Shown piece by piece: positions 24,802 through 37,518 of a stretch of 64,000 bases of DNA (position 1 is its first letter; the number at the start of each line of letters is the position of its first letter). Both the position numbers and the translations under genes were made by a program. The notes below the pieces were generated by a model, which saw nothing but the letters and a program-made list of their open reading frames with translations, did not search any database and had not been told where the DNA came from. Source of the stretch: Octopus bimaculoides (lineage: Eukaryota); NCBI RefSeq assembly GCF_001194135.2, contig NC_068992.1, positions 4,238,939 through 4,302,938 on the forward strand, read 5' to 3'.

Positions 24802-24989
24802 ACGTCGTCATCATCATTATTGTCATCATCATTATTGTCATCATCATCATCAACATCATCGTCGCCGCCGCCATAGTCATTGTTGTCTCACCAATGCCAC
24901 CAAAATAACACCACCAGAAGTGCTATCATCGTCACCGACACCATCATCAAAATCATTGATATTTTCACTACTACTACTATTACTACTAT

Positions 24990-25067
<78 letters not shown>

Positions 25068-25220
25068 CATTGCTGCTGCTGCAGCTGCTGTAGTTCTTGT
25101 AGCCGCTGCTGCAGTTGCTGCTGCCGCGACTTCTACCACCGCTGCGACTACAACCACCACTGCTACAACCACCGCCACTACAACAATAACAACTCCAATA
25201 ACAGTTGCTACTACTACTGA
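24622..25220. repeat. Compound trinucleotide arrays (CAT)n, (TAC)n, (GCT)n, (ACA)n
   Basis: Directly visible; source of the poly-I, M, T and S ORFs. Confidence 0.95.
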
Positions 25221-25398
25221 GTGAAAAAGCATATGTCATCTGCATCAGGATGTCTGCACAAACTGCTAAATCCGAATGCAGCAACGTACACCGAATCGGG
25301 TACATTACGTGTGTGATGCTGTATAATTGTTTTTGGCTGAGAATGTTTGTGTGCATATATATGTATGTATGAAAATGTCATTAGTACGTAAGTACTCC

Positions 25399-25441
<43 letters not shown>

Positions 25442-25544
25442 CCACCCACACACGCACACACAGACATACACCCACGCGCGCACACATATATATGAACATG
25501 TGCACATATATGTGCTGCTAAGTATACACACACATACACAAATA

Positions 25545-25580
<36 letters not shown>

Positions 25581-25739
25581 NNNNNNNNNNNNNNNNNNNN
25601 NNNNNNNNNNNNNNNNNNNNNNNNNNNNNNNNNNNNNNNNNNNNNNNNNNNNNNNNNNNNNNNNNNNNNNNNNNNNNNNNNNNNNNNNNNNNNNNNNNNN
25701 NNNNNNNNNACGTAGACATACATATGTTGGTATGTATAT

Positions 25740-25783
<44 letters not shown>

Positions 25784-26299
25784 GCATAATTATATTGTAT
25801 AAATTATGTATACTCGTATATATTTATATACAGCTGTATTATCATTTGTATATATGGTGTATTATTCCAGACACTTAAGTTACAATTGATCTTTTGGGTG
25901 CAACGACACACGTTTGTAAACGCTAGCGTTGGCGGGAGCATAGCTGTTATAATAGAATTCGAGGCATCTCTAACGTTGTGCCGTCTTAAGTAATGAATTC
26001 AGTAAAAAATTATCCAGAAGCCTTTTAGAGAACACATTGCTAATCTATAGCTGCTGTAATTGAGAATGTAGGAGCCCCAGAGCATTGCTTTGCTCGGGGG
26101 CCAACATGCTGTTTAGACTCCAACGTAGAGACTGGGCAATTCATTTGCCTGCTTTATTACCACGTAATTTCGGGTTTAGACCCACCGCGAAGTGCCTTGG
26201 TCATGTGACTCATACTCTTTTTTCAAGGTGACCAAAACTATATCATTGGTTTTAGTAAACGAAAATTGCGTGAAGTTTCTGGCTTTAAGGATTTCGCGA

Positions 26300-26472
26300 A
26301 AAAACCTTGTGGGAGACCCAACCACCCGAGTTCTTTTACAGGGTTTAGAAAAACTGAGGGACCGCTGCAATAAGTTTGTGAAGCCGAGAAGGAACACGTT
26401 GAATAAAATCAGAATTAACTGATGCTCCTGAATTTTACCCAAAGCCAGGAACTTTTCAGCACCCCACTCCTA
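26300..26472 (+). mobile_element. Mariner right end: transposase C-terminus plus TIR
   Basis: LLQGLEKLRDRCNKFV..R-(G)-EHVE-stop (TAA at 26404-26406), similar to mariner C-termini (RW-KC...G-YVE*). Followed by AAAGCCAGGAACTTTTCAGCACCCC..TA, the reverse complement of the TIR at 37495. Confidence 0.75.
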
Positions 26473-26660
26473 ATAGGCGTCAAGTAGATTTGTTCAGCAA
26501 TTTCTTGTTGAGTGTTTCTTGTTCGCTAACAAAGTGTGTCTTTAGTAATAATTATTTAAGCTGAGATAATAACAAAAATTCAATGAGTCGATGGTCAAGC
26601 ATGTAGCCACATACACTGCGTAGATGTTAGGCCAAGAATATCTTAAGCCAATACAGTCGC

Positions 26661-26830
26661 CGTCGTCATCGTGGCACTCCGTCGGTTACGACGACGAGGG
26701 TGCCAGTTGATCCGATCAACGGAATAGCCTGTTCGTGAAATTAACGTGTAAGTGGCTGAGCACTCCACAGACACGTGTATCCATAACGTAGTTCGCGGAG
26801 AGATTCAGCATGACACAGAGTGTGACAAAG
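26661..26830 (-). mobile_element. SINE family D tail type 1 fragment
   Basis: GCACTCCGTCGGTTACGACGACGAGGG...GTGAAATTAACGTG...AACGTAGTTC...GACACAGAGTGTGACAA is the reverse complement of the tail at ~20050-20206. Confidence 0.85.
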
Positions 26831-27590
26831 GAAAGAATGTGTTTAGACCTTAAATGAAATATTTTGCAAATAAATAAATAAATAAATAAATAAATAAAAT
26901 AAAGATAAAAATGAATCAACAGATAAAGGCATCGGTGACTGCTGATATATAAACTAACAAATTATATTGGACTAACAGTGAAGTCCGTCAAAAGCTGCCT
27001 GCACATTCACAAACTCTCAATTCGTCATTAATATATGTGGGAAACCTCAGAACATTCGAAGTACAAGGGGAAATAGATAGATAAATAGATAGACTAATAG
27101 ATATATTGTTAGATTAAAAGATAAATAGATACATAAATAGATAGATAGAAAAATCGACAGATAGATAGATAGAGAGAGAGGGGGGATAAAGAAACACACA
27201 TACACATACGGGACAAAATCACATGTTAGATACGACAACGATATTTAAGAATAGTAAATGTTTTTCGATTGTCTAACAACGAAGAAAAAAGAAAGAAAGA
27301 AAAAAATCTCTATATGCTTTGCTACACTATTTCCCTGCTGAACGAGAGAAGTCAAGTAATCTTGACCGGATTTCACTGACCCAGTTCCATCGCCATCAAT
27401 TTCATATTAGAAAAGTCATTGACTTCAATGATCACATGACTTTGTAAAAATGGTAACGCCTGCATTTTGCATATTTACAAAAATTACACAAGTCTGCGAC
27501 CGTAAAGTTGTTTCAGATTTACTGGGTGAAATTGATCGATCTTTACCAGCCGATGTCAATAATTACGAAGAAATTTATACATTATTTACG

Positions 27591-27918
27591 TTATTTATAT
27601 TTGACGGATATTTGTCCTCATCATATGGCGTAGTGGTTAAGAGCAAGGGCTACTAACCCCGAGATTCCGAGTTCGATTCCAGTCAGTGACCTGAATAATA
27701 ATAATAATAATAATAAAAATAATAATAATAATAACAACATCGAAAAATACCTTAGGAATGAGAACTCAGGTTTGAAATTTCCCCAAGAGACCTGATGAAG
27801 GCTGGAAGGTATATCAGCAGAAACATTGTTAAAAACAAACAAGATGAGGATAAATATCCATCAAATGTAAATAATTTTTAAAATGTACTTAATTTCTCAT
27901 TTCTTAAATATAGAGCTG
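27591..27918 (+). mobile_element. tRNA-headed SINE with hammerhead-bearing tail (HHR family 1), preceded by an inverted copy of part of the tail
   Basis: A box TGGCGTAGTGG (27626-27636), anticodon-like arm GGG-CTACTAA-CCC, B box GTTCGATTCC (27671-27680), (AAT)n spacer, and a tail homologous to 15313-15487. 27591-27622 is the reverse complement of 27843-27874 (29/32 identical). Confidence 0.8.
27787..27832 (+). ncRNA. Degenerate hammerhead motif (HHR family 1)
   Basis: CTGATGA-A-GGCTG-[10 nt]-CAGCA-GAAAC-AT-T. The helix II closing pair, helix III palindrome and helix I are mutated relative to 15363-15408, so it is probably inactive. Confidence 0.6.
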
Positions 27919-28035
27919 AAAGAAATTTATCCTATCAAGTAGAATTTCTTCACAATATCGATCATAGCATTTTACCATTATGCCCAAATTTGACTAATAT
28001 CCTTTATTATTACAATTCATTTTTTTCTTAAGTTA

Positions 28036-28235
28036 TTTTACTTGCTTCAGTCATTTGACTGCGGCAATGCTGGAGCACCACCATAAAGGGCTTTGTCGGA
28101 CAAGTCGACCCCAGGACTTATTTTTTAAGCCTAGTACTTATTCTATTGGTTTTCTTATTGCCGAACCGCTAAGTTGCGGGGACATAAACACACCAACACC
28201 GGTTGTAAAACGGTGATGGGGGAACAAACACAGAC

Positions 28236-28281
<46 letters not shown>

Positions 28282-28421
28282 GATGAGCTTTTATCAGCTT
28301 CCGTCTACCAAATCCACTTACAAGATTTTGGTCGGCCCGAGGCTATAGTGGAAGACACTTGCCCAAGCTGCCACGCAGTGGGACTGAACCCAGAAGCATG
28401 TGGCTGGGAAGCAAGCTTCTT
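28036..28421 (-). mobile_element. SINE family B/C, near full length: tRNA-like head, body, internal (TG)n, C module
   Basis: On the minus strand: B head (28421-28300), (TG)n microsatellite (~28280-28230) and C module ending GACTGAAGCAAGTAAAA. Confidence 0.9.
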
Positions 28422-29296
28422 GTTTCTTTACTGCTCACAAATAAAGGAGTTCCAGGCGTAGTTTCCAGGTGAAAAAGAATAGATTTTTGAGGTAATAGTC
28501 AATAAAATGAATGGAATCCTTGTAAAAATCTATTTCTTCACCTGTCAATTGCATTTATGCCATTTTCTTTTGATAAAGAAATTTCCAGATTCAATAAGAT
28601 TATTTTCATTTTGTCCGACCTTATGTGGATTTACCAACAAATTATGGTATATTTCATCATCGAATTGTGAGAAACACTTAGTTAATGGGAAAGTGCTATG
28701 TTGATGATATTTCGAATAAGTACCGAAAAAATATATTAAGTAACATACAAATATCAAAACTATTTTCAAAAACTTTCGAAGATTTGTGTTATTTTTTCAC
28801 ACTACGTATATGTACAGTTGACCAAAATGCAGTTTGTTTCAAACCACGGTTTCTCTATCACAAAAAGCACTACACACACACATACACACCCATACATACA
28901 GACACACACAAACAGACACATATACACACATACACACATAAACACACACGCATACACACACAGACACATATACACTCACACAAACATACACACACGCACG
29001 CACACATACACAAACACACGCACATACAAACATACACAGACACAGACACACACACACAAACACACATATACATACATATGCATATCGATAGCCATAGCAT
29101 GTTAAGTATTTAGGAGTGTATTTTTCGCGCATATTTGTGCGCATGCTCATAGAGATGGTCAGTGTAGTGTGCCTATGCACGTGTTTTCTGAATCAGGATT
29201 AGCCTGGGGCTAAACAAATGTATCAACAAGTAAAACCAACATCACAAAAATAATAAGAAGAACAACAACAGCAACATCATCATCATCATCATCATC

Positions 29297-29334
<38 letters not shown>

Positions 29335-29910
29335 CGATGACAGGAATAACATTAAAAGTGTGCGTGATGTGTATTTAATCCAAACTGAATGTCGTGTTCA
29401 GTTCTCTGGAAGCTTTAATTCTTGCCCACGGCGTTCTGTTCAATTATGATGTAAATATTTAAATGTTTATATGTCCTTCTTCTCTTCTTGATGCTATATC
29501 TAGAATTTAAGCCCCTAATTCAATTTCGTAGTAATATGCATTAACACACAATTCATGCTACAGGAGTGCCTTGAGAAGTATTTTATCTCCTGGAAACAGT
29601 TGCCTCCATCAACTGCGACGTTGTTTATTTATATCGAGTTATGATATGTATGTAATACTTATTCTTTAATATTACGAATATTATTTTTTTTACCTCCATC
29701 TAGTACCAGATGGAAGGAACTACGTTCAGCATGCGATGCAATTAACAGTGAAGAGATTTAGTAAAATGGAAATGGATTTCTGAAAACCATTTGCGATACC
29801 AATGAACACTTAGCATTTTGTATATCTTACTTAACGTGTCTATACTGAAAGACTGTGTTATTCGACTTGAGAAGACATCTGGTGTATTTATACAGCTCTA
29901 AAAGTCACAG

Positions 29911-30002
29911 AAGGCTATAGTAGAAGACACTTGCCCAAGGTGCCACGCAGTGGATCTGAACCCGGAACCATGTGGTTGGTAGGCAAGCTACTTACCACAC
30001 AG
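29911..30002 (-). mobile_element. SINE family B head
   Basis: GGCTATAGTAGAAGACACTTGCCCAAGGTGCCACGCAGTGG...CTACTTACCACACAG. Confidence 0.9.
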
Positions 30003-32674
30003 TATATATATATATATATATATATATATNNNNNNNNNNNNNNNNNNNNNNNNNNNNNNNNNNNNNNNNNNNNNNNNNNNNNNNNNNNNNNNNNNNNNNN
30101 NNNNNNNNNNNNNNNNNNNNNNNNNNNNNNNNNNNNNNNNNNNNNNNNNNNNNNNNNNNNNNNNNNNNNNNNNNNNNNNNNNNNNNNNNNNNNNNNNNNN
30201 NNNNNNNNNNNNNNNNNNNNNNNNNNNNNNNNNNNNNNNNNNNNNNNNNNNNNNNNNNNNNNNNNNNNNNNNNNNNNNNNNNNNNNNNNNNNNNNNNNNN
30301 NNNNNNNNNNNNNNNNNNNNNNNNNNNNNNNNNNNNNNNNNNNNNNNNNNNNNNNNNNNNNNNNNNNNNNNNNNNNNNNNNNNNNNNNNNNNNNNNNNNN
30401 NNNNNNNNNNNNNNNNNNNNNNNNNNNNNNNNNNNNNNNNNNNNNNNNNNNNNNNNNNNNNNNNNNNNNNNNNNNNNNNNNNNNNNNNNNNNNNNNNNNN
30501 NNNNNNNNNNNNNNNNNNNNNNNNNNNNNNNNNNNNTCATATTGCATTTAAGGTAATGCTCACATTACTTAAATAAATTGAAGTAGCATGAAACGTGCGT
30601 ACTGCAATCACTTTTGGAATCCGTGTTGCTTATTATTTGATTTATATATATATATATATATATATGGGCAAATATTATCTTTTGTTCTTAATTCCTCTAC
30701 GTTTTTCTTTCCCTGCTATGCTGCATCTGAGTTTGGCTATGAATTCGTTCCAATCAAGCAGTCTATTAATAAATTAATTTTATATCCTTATCAGCTCTCC
30801 ATTCTTCTTCTTTAATCATATTATAAAGATATATATATATATATATATATATATACACTTGTATTCTTTTTTTAATTTATGATGTCTCTCAGCACGTATA
30901 TGAGTGCTCATCCATCTTTTCTTCTTAAATCAAATTCCGATAAAAATCATAATCTAAGCCATCTCAAAGTTATTTCTTAAGAATTTCACGAGAAAAATAT
31001 CCATTTTTCTGAAAGTTATGAGGAAATAACTTCGAGAAACACGCTCGTGTACTCATACCGAGGGTTTTTATAATCAATTCATTTATTGCTACCTTCCATG
31101 AGCACTGTGATGAAACGGATATTACACGTATTTTTGGTCGTTTTAACTTGCTTCAGGCATTAAATATATGTCTCTCGTTCAGACGAATTAACTGTGTCTA
31201 ATAGCATTTGTGTCTAGTTACCGTCTACTCAAACACACAGATGCTGACGTATGAAGTCACTGATATAAGCCCACTGAGATACACATATACATATACATAT
31301 TGGCAGAGGTGTGCATGTGATTGAGATGAATTAAGCTGTCAAAAGAGTCATGTGAATGAGAAGAAGAAACAAAAAACAAATACAAAATCTAAAGCGAATA
31401 CATACAACGCAAAGCACTCACCTATCTGCACTCGCAGACACACACACATGAAGAAGGATTAACTAAAGGAGTATGAGTATAGAAATATTATTAGATATAT
31501 GACATATTCTAATTTTTGAAAAATTAAACAAAATTAATAATAATTATTTTTAATATTTGTATAATATTAATTGAAGTTAATTAAGATTACTAAAGTTAAT
31601 CAAGATTACTAAGTTTATTACTTGTAGATTTATGATGCAGAAAGGAAAAATTGCGTATTACGTGGCTGCCTAATGTAGATTACGTGTATTACGTCATTAA
31701 ATTGTGTTTTCTTGAAAGGACATCAAGATTATTTATAAAGAAGTTTATCTAATTATATAACAATTAAAAATATTAATTCATTATTTTAATTATTTCAATT
31801 TCAATTATAGAAAGAATGTTGATTATACCAATATTTACATATGATTATTTTTATTGCCATTTATTTGTCCTATAACACTAAACGATTGATTTTGATGTTC
31901 GTTTGTATATCACTGTTTGAACTTCTTGTATCTCAAACGAAGATAAATTCCATACTTACCAGTTCATCCATCAGTGATTTTGTAAGCTTTATTCTACTTT
32001 ATTACTAGATTATTCCTTTGTATGTTCAATTAGAAGCTCTGCTTTAGAGATTTAAGTAATGAAATAGCAACTTTATTCTTAGCAATATATTTTATGGACT
32101 TATTTCAACTAAGCATAGTTCAGCGGGTTCAACTCATTTCAACGTAATTGGTTCAGTTTAATTAACTTCTCATATATTTGCCTTGGCTATACTCGACCGA
32201 AATACATGAATAAGATCAGTGAGAGACCTAATCGATTATATTGATTCCAGTATTTGACTGGTACCTACTTTATCGACCACAAAAAGAAGAAGAAGAAGAT
32301 CAACAACAAAACTAGCGTAAACAACATCAAAAAACAACAGGAAAATGAAGCTCGGATAATCGCTTATTATAGTTAAGTGAATTGGGATTATATATTAGCC
32401 CACTATTAACACACACGCACACGCACGAGATGGAGAGGGAGTGTGTGAGAGAGGGAGAAAGAGGGAGAGAGAAACACTTGTCCCTTCATCACTAATGCTT
32501 CTTTGTGACAAACATCGAATGACCCAAGTTTTTCCACCCAGCTACTTAAAAAAACAGAAAATCAAAGCAGGTGTCACCTCCCACTCTATGCAATATGCAA
32601 TTAGTGTTGTTTAGGTGCATAGCTTGGAGCTAATGTCCTCCGTGAACTATTTTATTGTCTATTATGTAGATATA

Positions 32675-32709
<35 letters not shown>

Positions 32710-33044
32710 ATACAAATGTATATATATTACATACATACACGCAAATACAAACACATATGTAAATGCGTGTACATTAACATATACAGATATGTACATATAT
32801 ACACACTAGTGGCCAAACTGTATCTAGGCTAGTCTTTGTGTAGCACATCGAAGATTCGACAGTTTTCATGTTATATAGTATGTTAGTTGGGATGTTATAC
32901 ATTTGTAGTGACCATTCAGGTTAACCGTGGAATTGGAGGCCTTGTAGAAGAGTGATTTGGGAGATGGCAGCTCTCAGGAATTCCTGAGTGCGATGCTTAA
33001 GTATGAGAAACCAATTTCCAATATTATATAAACAAAAATTCCAC

Positions 33045-33260
33045 ATTCTATTCTTCTAAGATAGGTTTCAAATTTTGGCCAGGGACAGGAATTTCGGGGC
33101 GAGATTAAGCCAATTACATCGGACTCGGTGCTAAACTGGTACTTATTTTATCGATCGCGAAAGAACGAAGAGTAAAGTCGAGCCCGGTGTCATTTGAATT
33201 CAGAACATAAAGTCAGAAGATATGCCGCTAAGCGTTTTGTCCGGCTCGCTAACGAATCGT
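33045..33260 (-). mobile_element. SINE family A
   Basis: AACTGGTACTTATTTTATCG...TTTGAATTCAGAAC...CCGCTAAGCG...GCTAACGAATC. Confidence 0.8.
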
Positions 33261-33294
33261 CTCTTTATATTATTCTGATATGCATTTGGCTCAA

Positions 33295-33510
33295 GGAGGA
33301 GAGCTGGCAGAATCGTTAGCATACCGGCTAAAATGCTAAGCGGTATTCATTCCGGCTTCACGTTCTGAGTTCAAATGCTGCCGAGATCGTCTTTGCCTTT
33401 CATATTTTCAGCGTTGATAAAATAAATACCAGTCAAGTACCGGGGTCAATGTTATCGACTTGCCCGTTCCCCCGAAAATTGTTGACCTTGTTCCAAACCT
33501 TCAAAGAAAT
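33295..33510 (+). mobile_element. SINE family A
   Basis: GAGCTGGCAGAATCGTTAGC...GTTCTGAGTTCAAAT...GGGGTCAATGTTATCGACT...GACCTTGTTCC. Confidence 0.85.
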
Positions 33511-33524
33511 ATTTATTTCACTTG

Positions 33525-33662
33525 AGGAGGCAAGCTGGTACAATTGTTAGCAGACAGGAGAAAATGCTTAGCGGTATCTCATCTGCCTTAACGTTCTGAG
33601 TTCAAATTCTGCTGAGGTCGACTTTGCCTTTCATCCTTTCAGGGTCGATGAAATAAGTCCCA
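33525..33662 (+). mobile_element. SINE family A, 3'-truncated
   Basis: ATGCTTAGCGGTATCTC...GTTCTGAGTTCAAATTCTGCTGAGGTCGACTTTGCCTTTCATCCTTTCAGGGTCGAT. Confidence 0.85.
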
Positions 33663-34467
33663 TATATATAAATACAAAAATGAAACAAAAACGCAATAGA
33701 GGGCAATAAAACGTTCGGACAGAAAGACGATACAAAGGCGGACAAGAGAAACAGCAATTAGAAGGACAGGCAAAAAAAAAAGACGGGCCATTCTTGGCTT
33801 TCTTTCATCAGTCAAATCCCAGAAGTCATGACCATTTCGGGCAGTTACATTTGAGATGGTTCGATCTGGTTGCTCCCCCGACCCCAAAAAAAGGTCTAAG
33901 CTATGAGCATTAGACCCCTTTGTAAGAAAGCTAGTGAATGTGTACGGCAACAAAGAAAGAAAAACAAATAAACAAAGAAAAAAAAGAAACCGGAGAACAT
34001 GGTACACAATTACGAATACAAACAACAAGAAATAACAACAGGCGTCTTTCGACTGAGAACGATTCGAATTGAGCTGGCGTGTATGAAGGGAAAGCCTAAA
34101 GGCAGGAACATAGGAGATGGACATAGGAGGTGTTGGCGGTCGGCAGTCAGACCAAGAAAGAAAGATCATGGCTGGCCGGACATCGGTCACGTGGAAGGAG
34201 GAGAGATGGATAGGGGACAGCGGGATTAGAAAAAAAATCAGAGATAAAGAGAAAGGTACAGGAGAGATAAACGAGTGGGAAATAGTAGGAGTTAGAGAAA
34301 GAGAGGGCCAAGTATGTATGTATATGTATATATAAATGCATATATGCGCGCGCGCGCGTGTGTGCACTTATGTCTGTAAATATATAAGTATGAATGCTCC
34401 GGCATGGCCACAGTCCAATGACAGAAATTAGTAGACGGAGAAAAGGTTATATATATATATATATGCA

Positions 34468-34507
<40 letters not shown>

Positions 34508-35697
34508 CCTATATACACACGCCCACAGCTATATACAAATATGCGTAATCTATATAATGTGTGTATGTGTATGTGTGTGTGCGTGTGCGCGTGTGCGTAC
34601 GTGTAAATACACATACGTGCATGTGTGTGTAGGTGTTTGTGTGTATGTCTTGTTTAAAGCGCTTCCAGCCAGTCTGCCGTTTGTTTCTATTAATCTGGCA
34701 AACCTTATCGGATGGCAGAGTCACTTGGAGCAGTTTAATGTAACAACAGGAACCATGTGTTAGTTAATAGATAAGCAGATTTGCTGCCAGCAACAAAGTA
34801 CAAATGATTCCCAGTGAAGAGGCAGAGAGAGAGAGAGACTGACAGACAAACAGACAGAAAGTGAGAGGGAGTAATGGAGAAGGAGAAGGAGAAGGACATG
34901 TAGAAAGGGAGTGATAAAGAGGGTGAGAGTAAATGGGATACAGGGAGAGGGAAATGTGGACAGACGGAGAAAATAGAGGTGAGGTCTACGATGCATGTAA
35001 TAATGAATCTATACGTACAAATCACTAACCATATGCATTATATATATATATATATNNNNNNNNNNNNNNNNNNNNNNNNNNNNNNNNNNNNNNNNNNNNN
35101 NNNNNNNNNNNNNNNNNNNNNNNNNNNNNNNNNNNNNNNNNNNNNNNNNNNNNNNNNNNNNNNNNNNNNNNNNNNNNNNNNNNNNNNNNNNNNNNNNNNN
35201 NNNNNNNNNNNNNNNNNNNNNNNNNNNNNNNNNNNNNNNNNNNNNNNNNNNNNNNNNNNNNNNNNNNNNNNNNNNNNNNNNNNNNNNTATATATGCATAT
35301 AAGCAGTTAAACATTTATTTGAAGAATCGCTCATTCATTTTTAGTAGCGAAATACACATACACGTGCGCGCGCGTACACACACAAACACACACACACAGA
35401 GGAGGTTTATGTTTATTTATTTATAGAATATAAATATAATTACTTGTACGCCATGAACATGTATGAATTGTATTTTGAATGTTTATTTTAGTTGGTCTCG
35501 AAAGAATGGAATAGAAACATGAGAGAGACCAATGGGATTCGATATTTAGCTGTAAAGGGACGTAACTTAATATCGAAGCGCATGGCAATTTGGCAACTCT
35601 TGCAACTTACTGACATCTGCTGTCATTGATATATTGATATATATAAGGCCACAGCCTAATGATTGAAACAAGAGAATAAGAGAATATATATGCAATT

Positions 35698-35803
35698 GTG
35701 GCTGTGTGGCAAGAAGCTTGCTTCTCAACCACGTGGTCCGGAATTTAGTCCCACGACGTGGCACTTTCAGTGAGTGTCTTCTACTGTAGCCTCAGACTGA
35801 CTA
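35698..35803 (+). mobile_element. SINE family B head
   Basis: GTGGCTGTGTGGCAAGAAGCTTGCTTCTCAACCACGTGG...GAGTGTCTTCTACTGTAGCCTC. Confidence 0.85.
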
Positions 35804-36254
35804 GAGCATATACCAATAGCAATAAAAGCTCGAACAAAGACATCTTCGAAATAACATGAAAATTCTTGAAGTCTTCTATGAACAGACAGATGTCGGTTTA
35901 TCTAGAATGAAACAATGCAGTTGTTAATAAGAAAAGTTGAAATGAATGCCTGCAGGATTTCATAGCTCTAACATCGTTCCTTCATAGTCGGCCCAAATTC
36001 GTTCTCTGACGCTGAGCTGTAACACCTGTTAAGGTCCTAGCAAGGGGCTAACTAGCATGTGAACTACTGGGAATGAAGGACCTCTAGTTCACATTACGAC
36101 TTCTAGGAAAACTCGCATATCTGAAGTGAAGTTGAGTTTTAGCAATCCACCTCTCTTGTGCCAACAGTGTTATTTATAACTGATTGCACTGGAAAGTGGA
36201 TTCAGTTGAGTGAAACACTTTCTTCACTCGAAACAAATTCTCGCACAAAATCTT

Positions 36255-36320
36255 CTTCGACTTTCGGAGCATTTTCAAAATAGTTCCACTTGCACTGCAT
36301 ACACTTCTGAGTTTGGGAAG
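36255..36320 (-). mobile_element. Possible mariner transposase C-terminal relic
   Basis: Minus frame QKCMQCKWNYFE resembles the mariner end motif QKC-x2-C-x-G-x-YF(E/D); short and weak. Confidence 0.3.
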
Positions 36321-36974
36321 AAATCTTACTCGGTCATGAGTTAACTTCCACTTTGAACGTAATTCTGTAGATCTATGTGTGCGTATACATATAAACATAG
36401 ATACACGAATATATATGTTTGTGTGTTTGTGCAACAATACGTGCGTTCATATGTATTTATTTAGTGTCGTGTAACCAAGCACATCAACTTCAGCAATATT
36501 ACAGCCAGATGTAAGATTTGTTCTACTTTGATAAGAAAACCAACAGTTGGTCCCTACATACAATGGAACTAAGGGACACAAATAGGGATCGGTTTAAATT
36601 TAAAGGTATTTCTTCCGTTGTTGGTTAAATATATACAGGATTTATTTACCAATAAGAAACACGATGACTAAAGAACATGGACCAGATGTTGCAGATCGAG
36701 TGTGAGTCTTATGAAACGGTTTTCCAGCGGGGATTAAGATGCATTCCCACGATAATTTGAACTACAGATTTTTAATCTCTCTTTCACTCACTCACTCACT
36801 CTCTCTCTCTCTCTCTCTCTCTTAACACACATAGGCACACACACGTTCACACAACGCACAATGGCATGAGTGTGTGTGTGTATGTGTGTTTGTGTATGTG
36901 TGTTTGTGTATGTGTGTTTGTGTATGTGTGTAAACTGCCAGTAACATGACATCAACCGACTACCAGACTTGTAA

Positions 36975-37142
<168 letters not shown>

Positions 37143-37492
37143 TGTATTTGTGTATGTTCAAACTTCTAAAAGTAGTTTTAAACTGTGTTACCTGCAATAT
37201 ATATAATTGTTGATACAGACAGAAAATATATTTACTAAGTATCATATTGACAATCGCTTTGATTATTTGCTAATGAGAATCATTTCCTATTACTTTCGTC
37301 TTTAATTGGCCCTGGATAATGACTAAAGATAAAAAAAACTGCATTCGTTTATTTCTCATTAGCCGCTGTTTCTTGAATCGGTGGGTTGCCCCATCAAGGC
37401 CTGCTTCGATGGGTCTTTCTCCGATACATAATCTGTTCTAGTCCAAGATTCGATTTCGTCTCCCACAAATCCTCTTCTATACTGTACCGATC

Positions 37493-37518
37493 TACGAGGA
37501 GTTGCTGAAAAGTTCCTG
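37493..37518 (+). mobile_element. Isolated mariner TIR
   Basis: TA-CGAGGAGTTGCTGAAAAGTTCCTG; reverse complement of the TIR at 26444-26470. Confidence 0.55.

Noticed and set aside
25975-26125. Possible hAT-type MITE (also a TIR-like CAATGGTTCTCAA at ~10708)
   Set aside because: The terminal repeats are too degenerate and no TSD is identifiable.
27619-27691. Possible tRNA gene (ACT anticodon-like loop)
   Set aside because: The acceptor stem does not pair and it is fused to a repeat tail; treated as a SINE head. The other tRNA-like heads in the window are likewise SINE parts.
32973-32988. Perfect 16-bp palindrome CTCAGGAATTCCTGAG
   Set aside because: About one such palindrome is expected by chance in 64 kb (4^-8 per position), and there is no supporting context.
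36057-36094. 10-bp inverted repeat ATGTGAACTA/TAGTTCACAT
   Set aside because: The stem is too short for a pre-miRNA and there is no TSD or other copy in the window.
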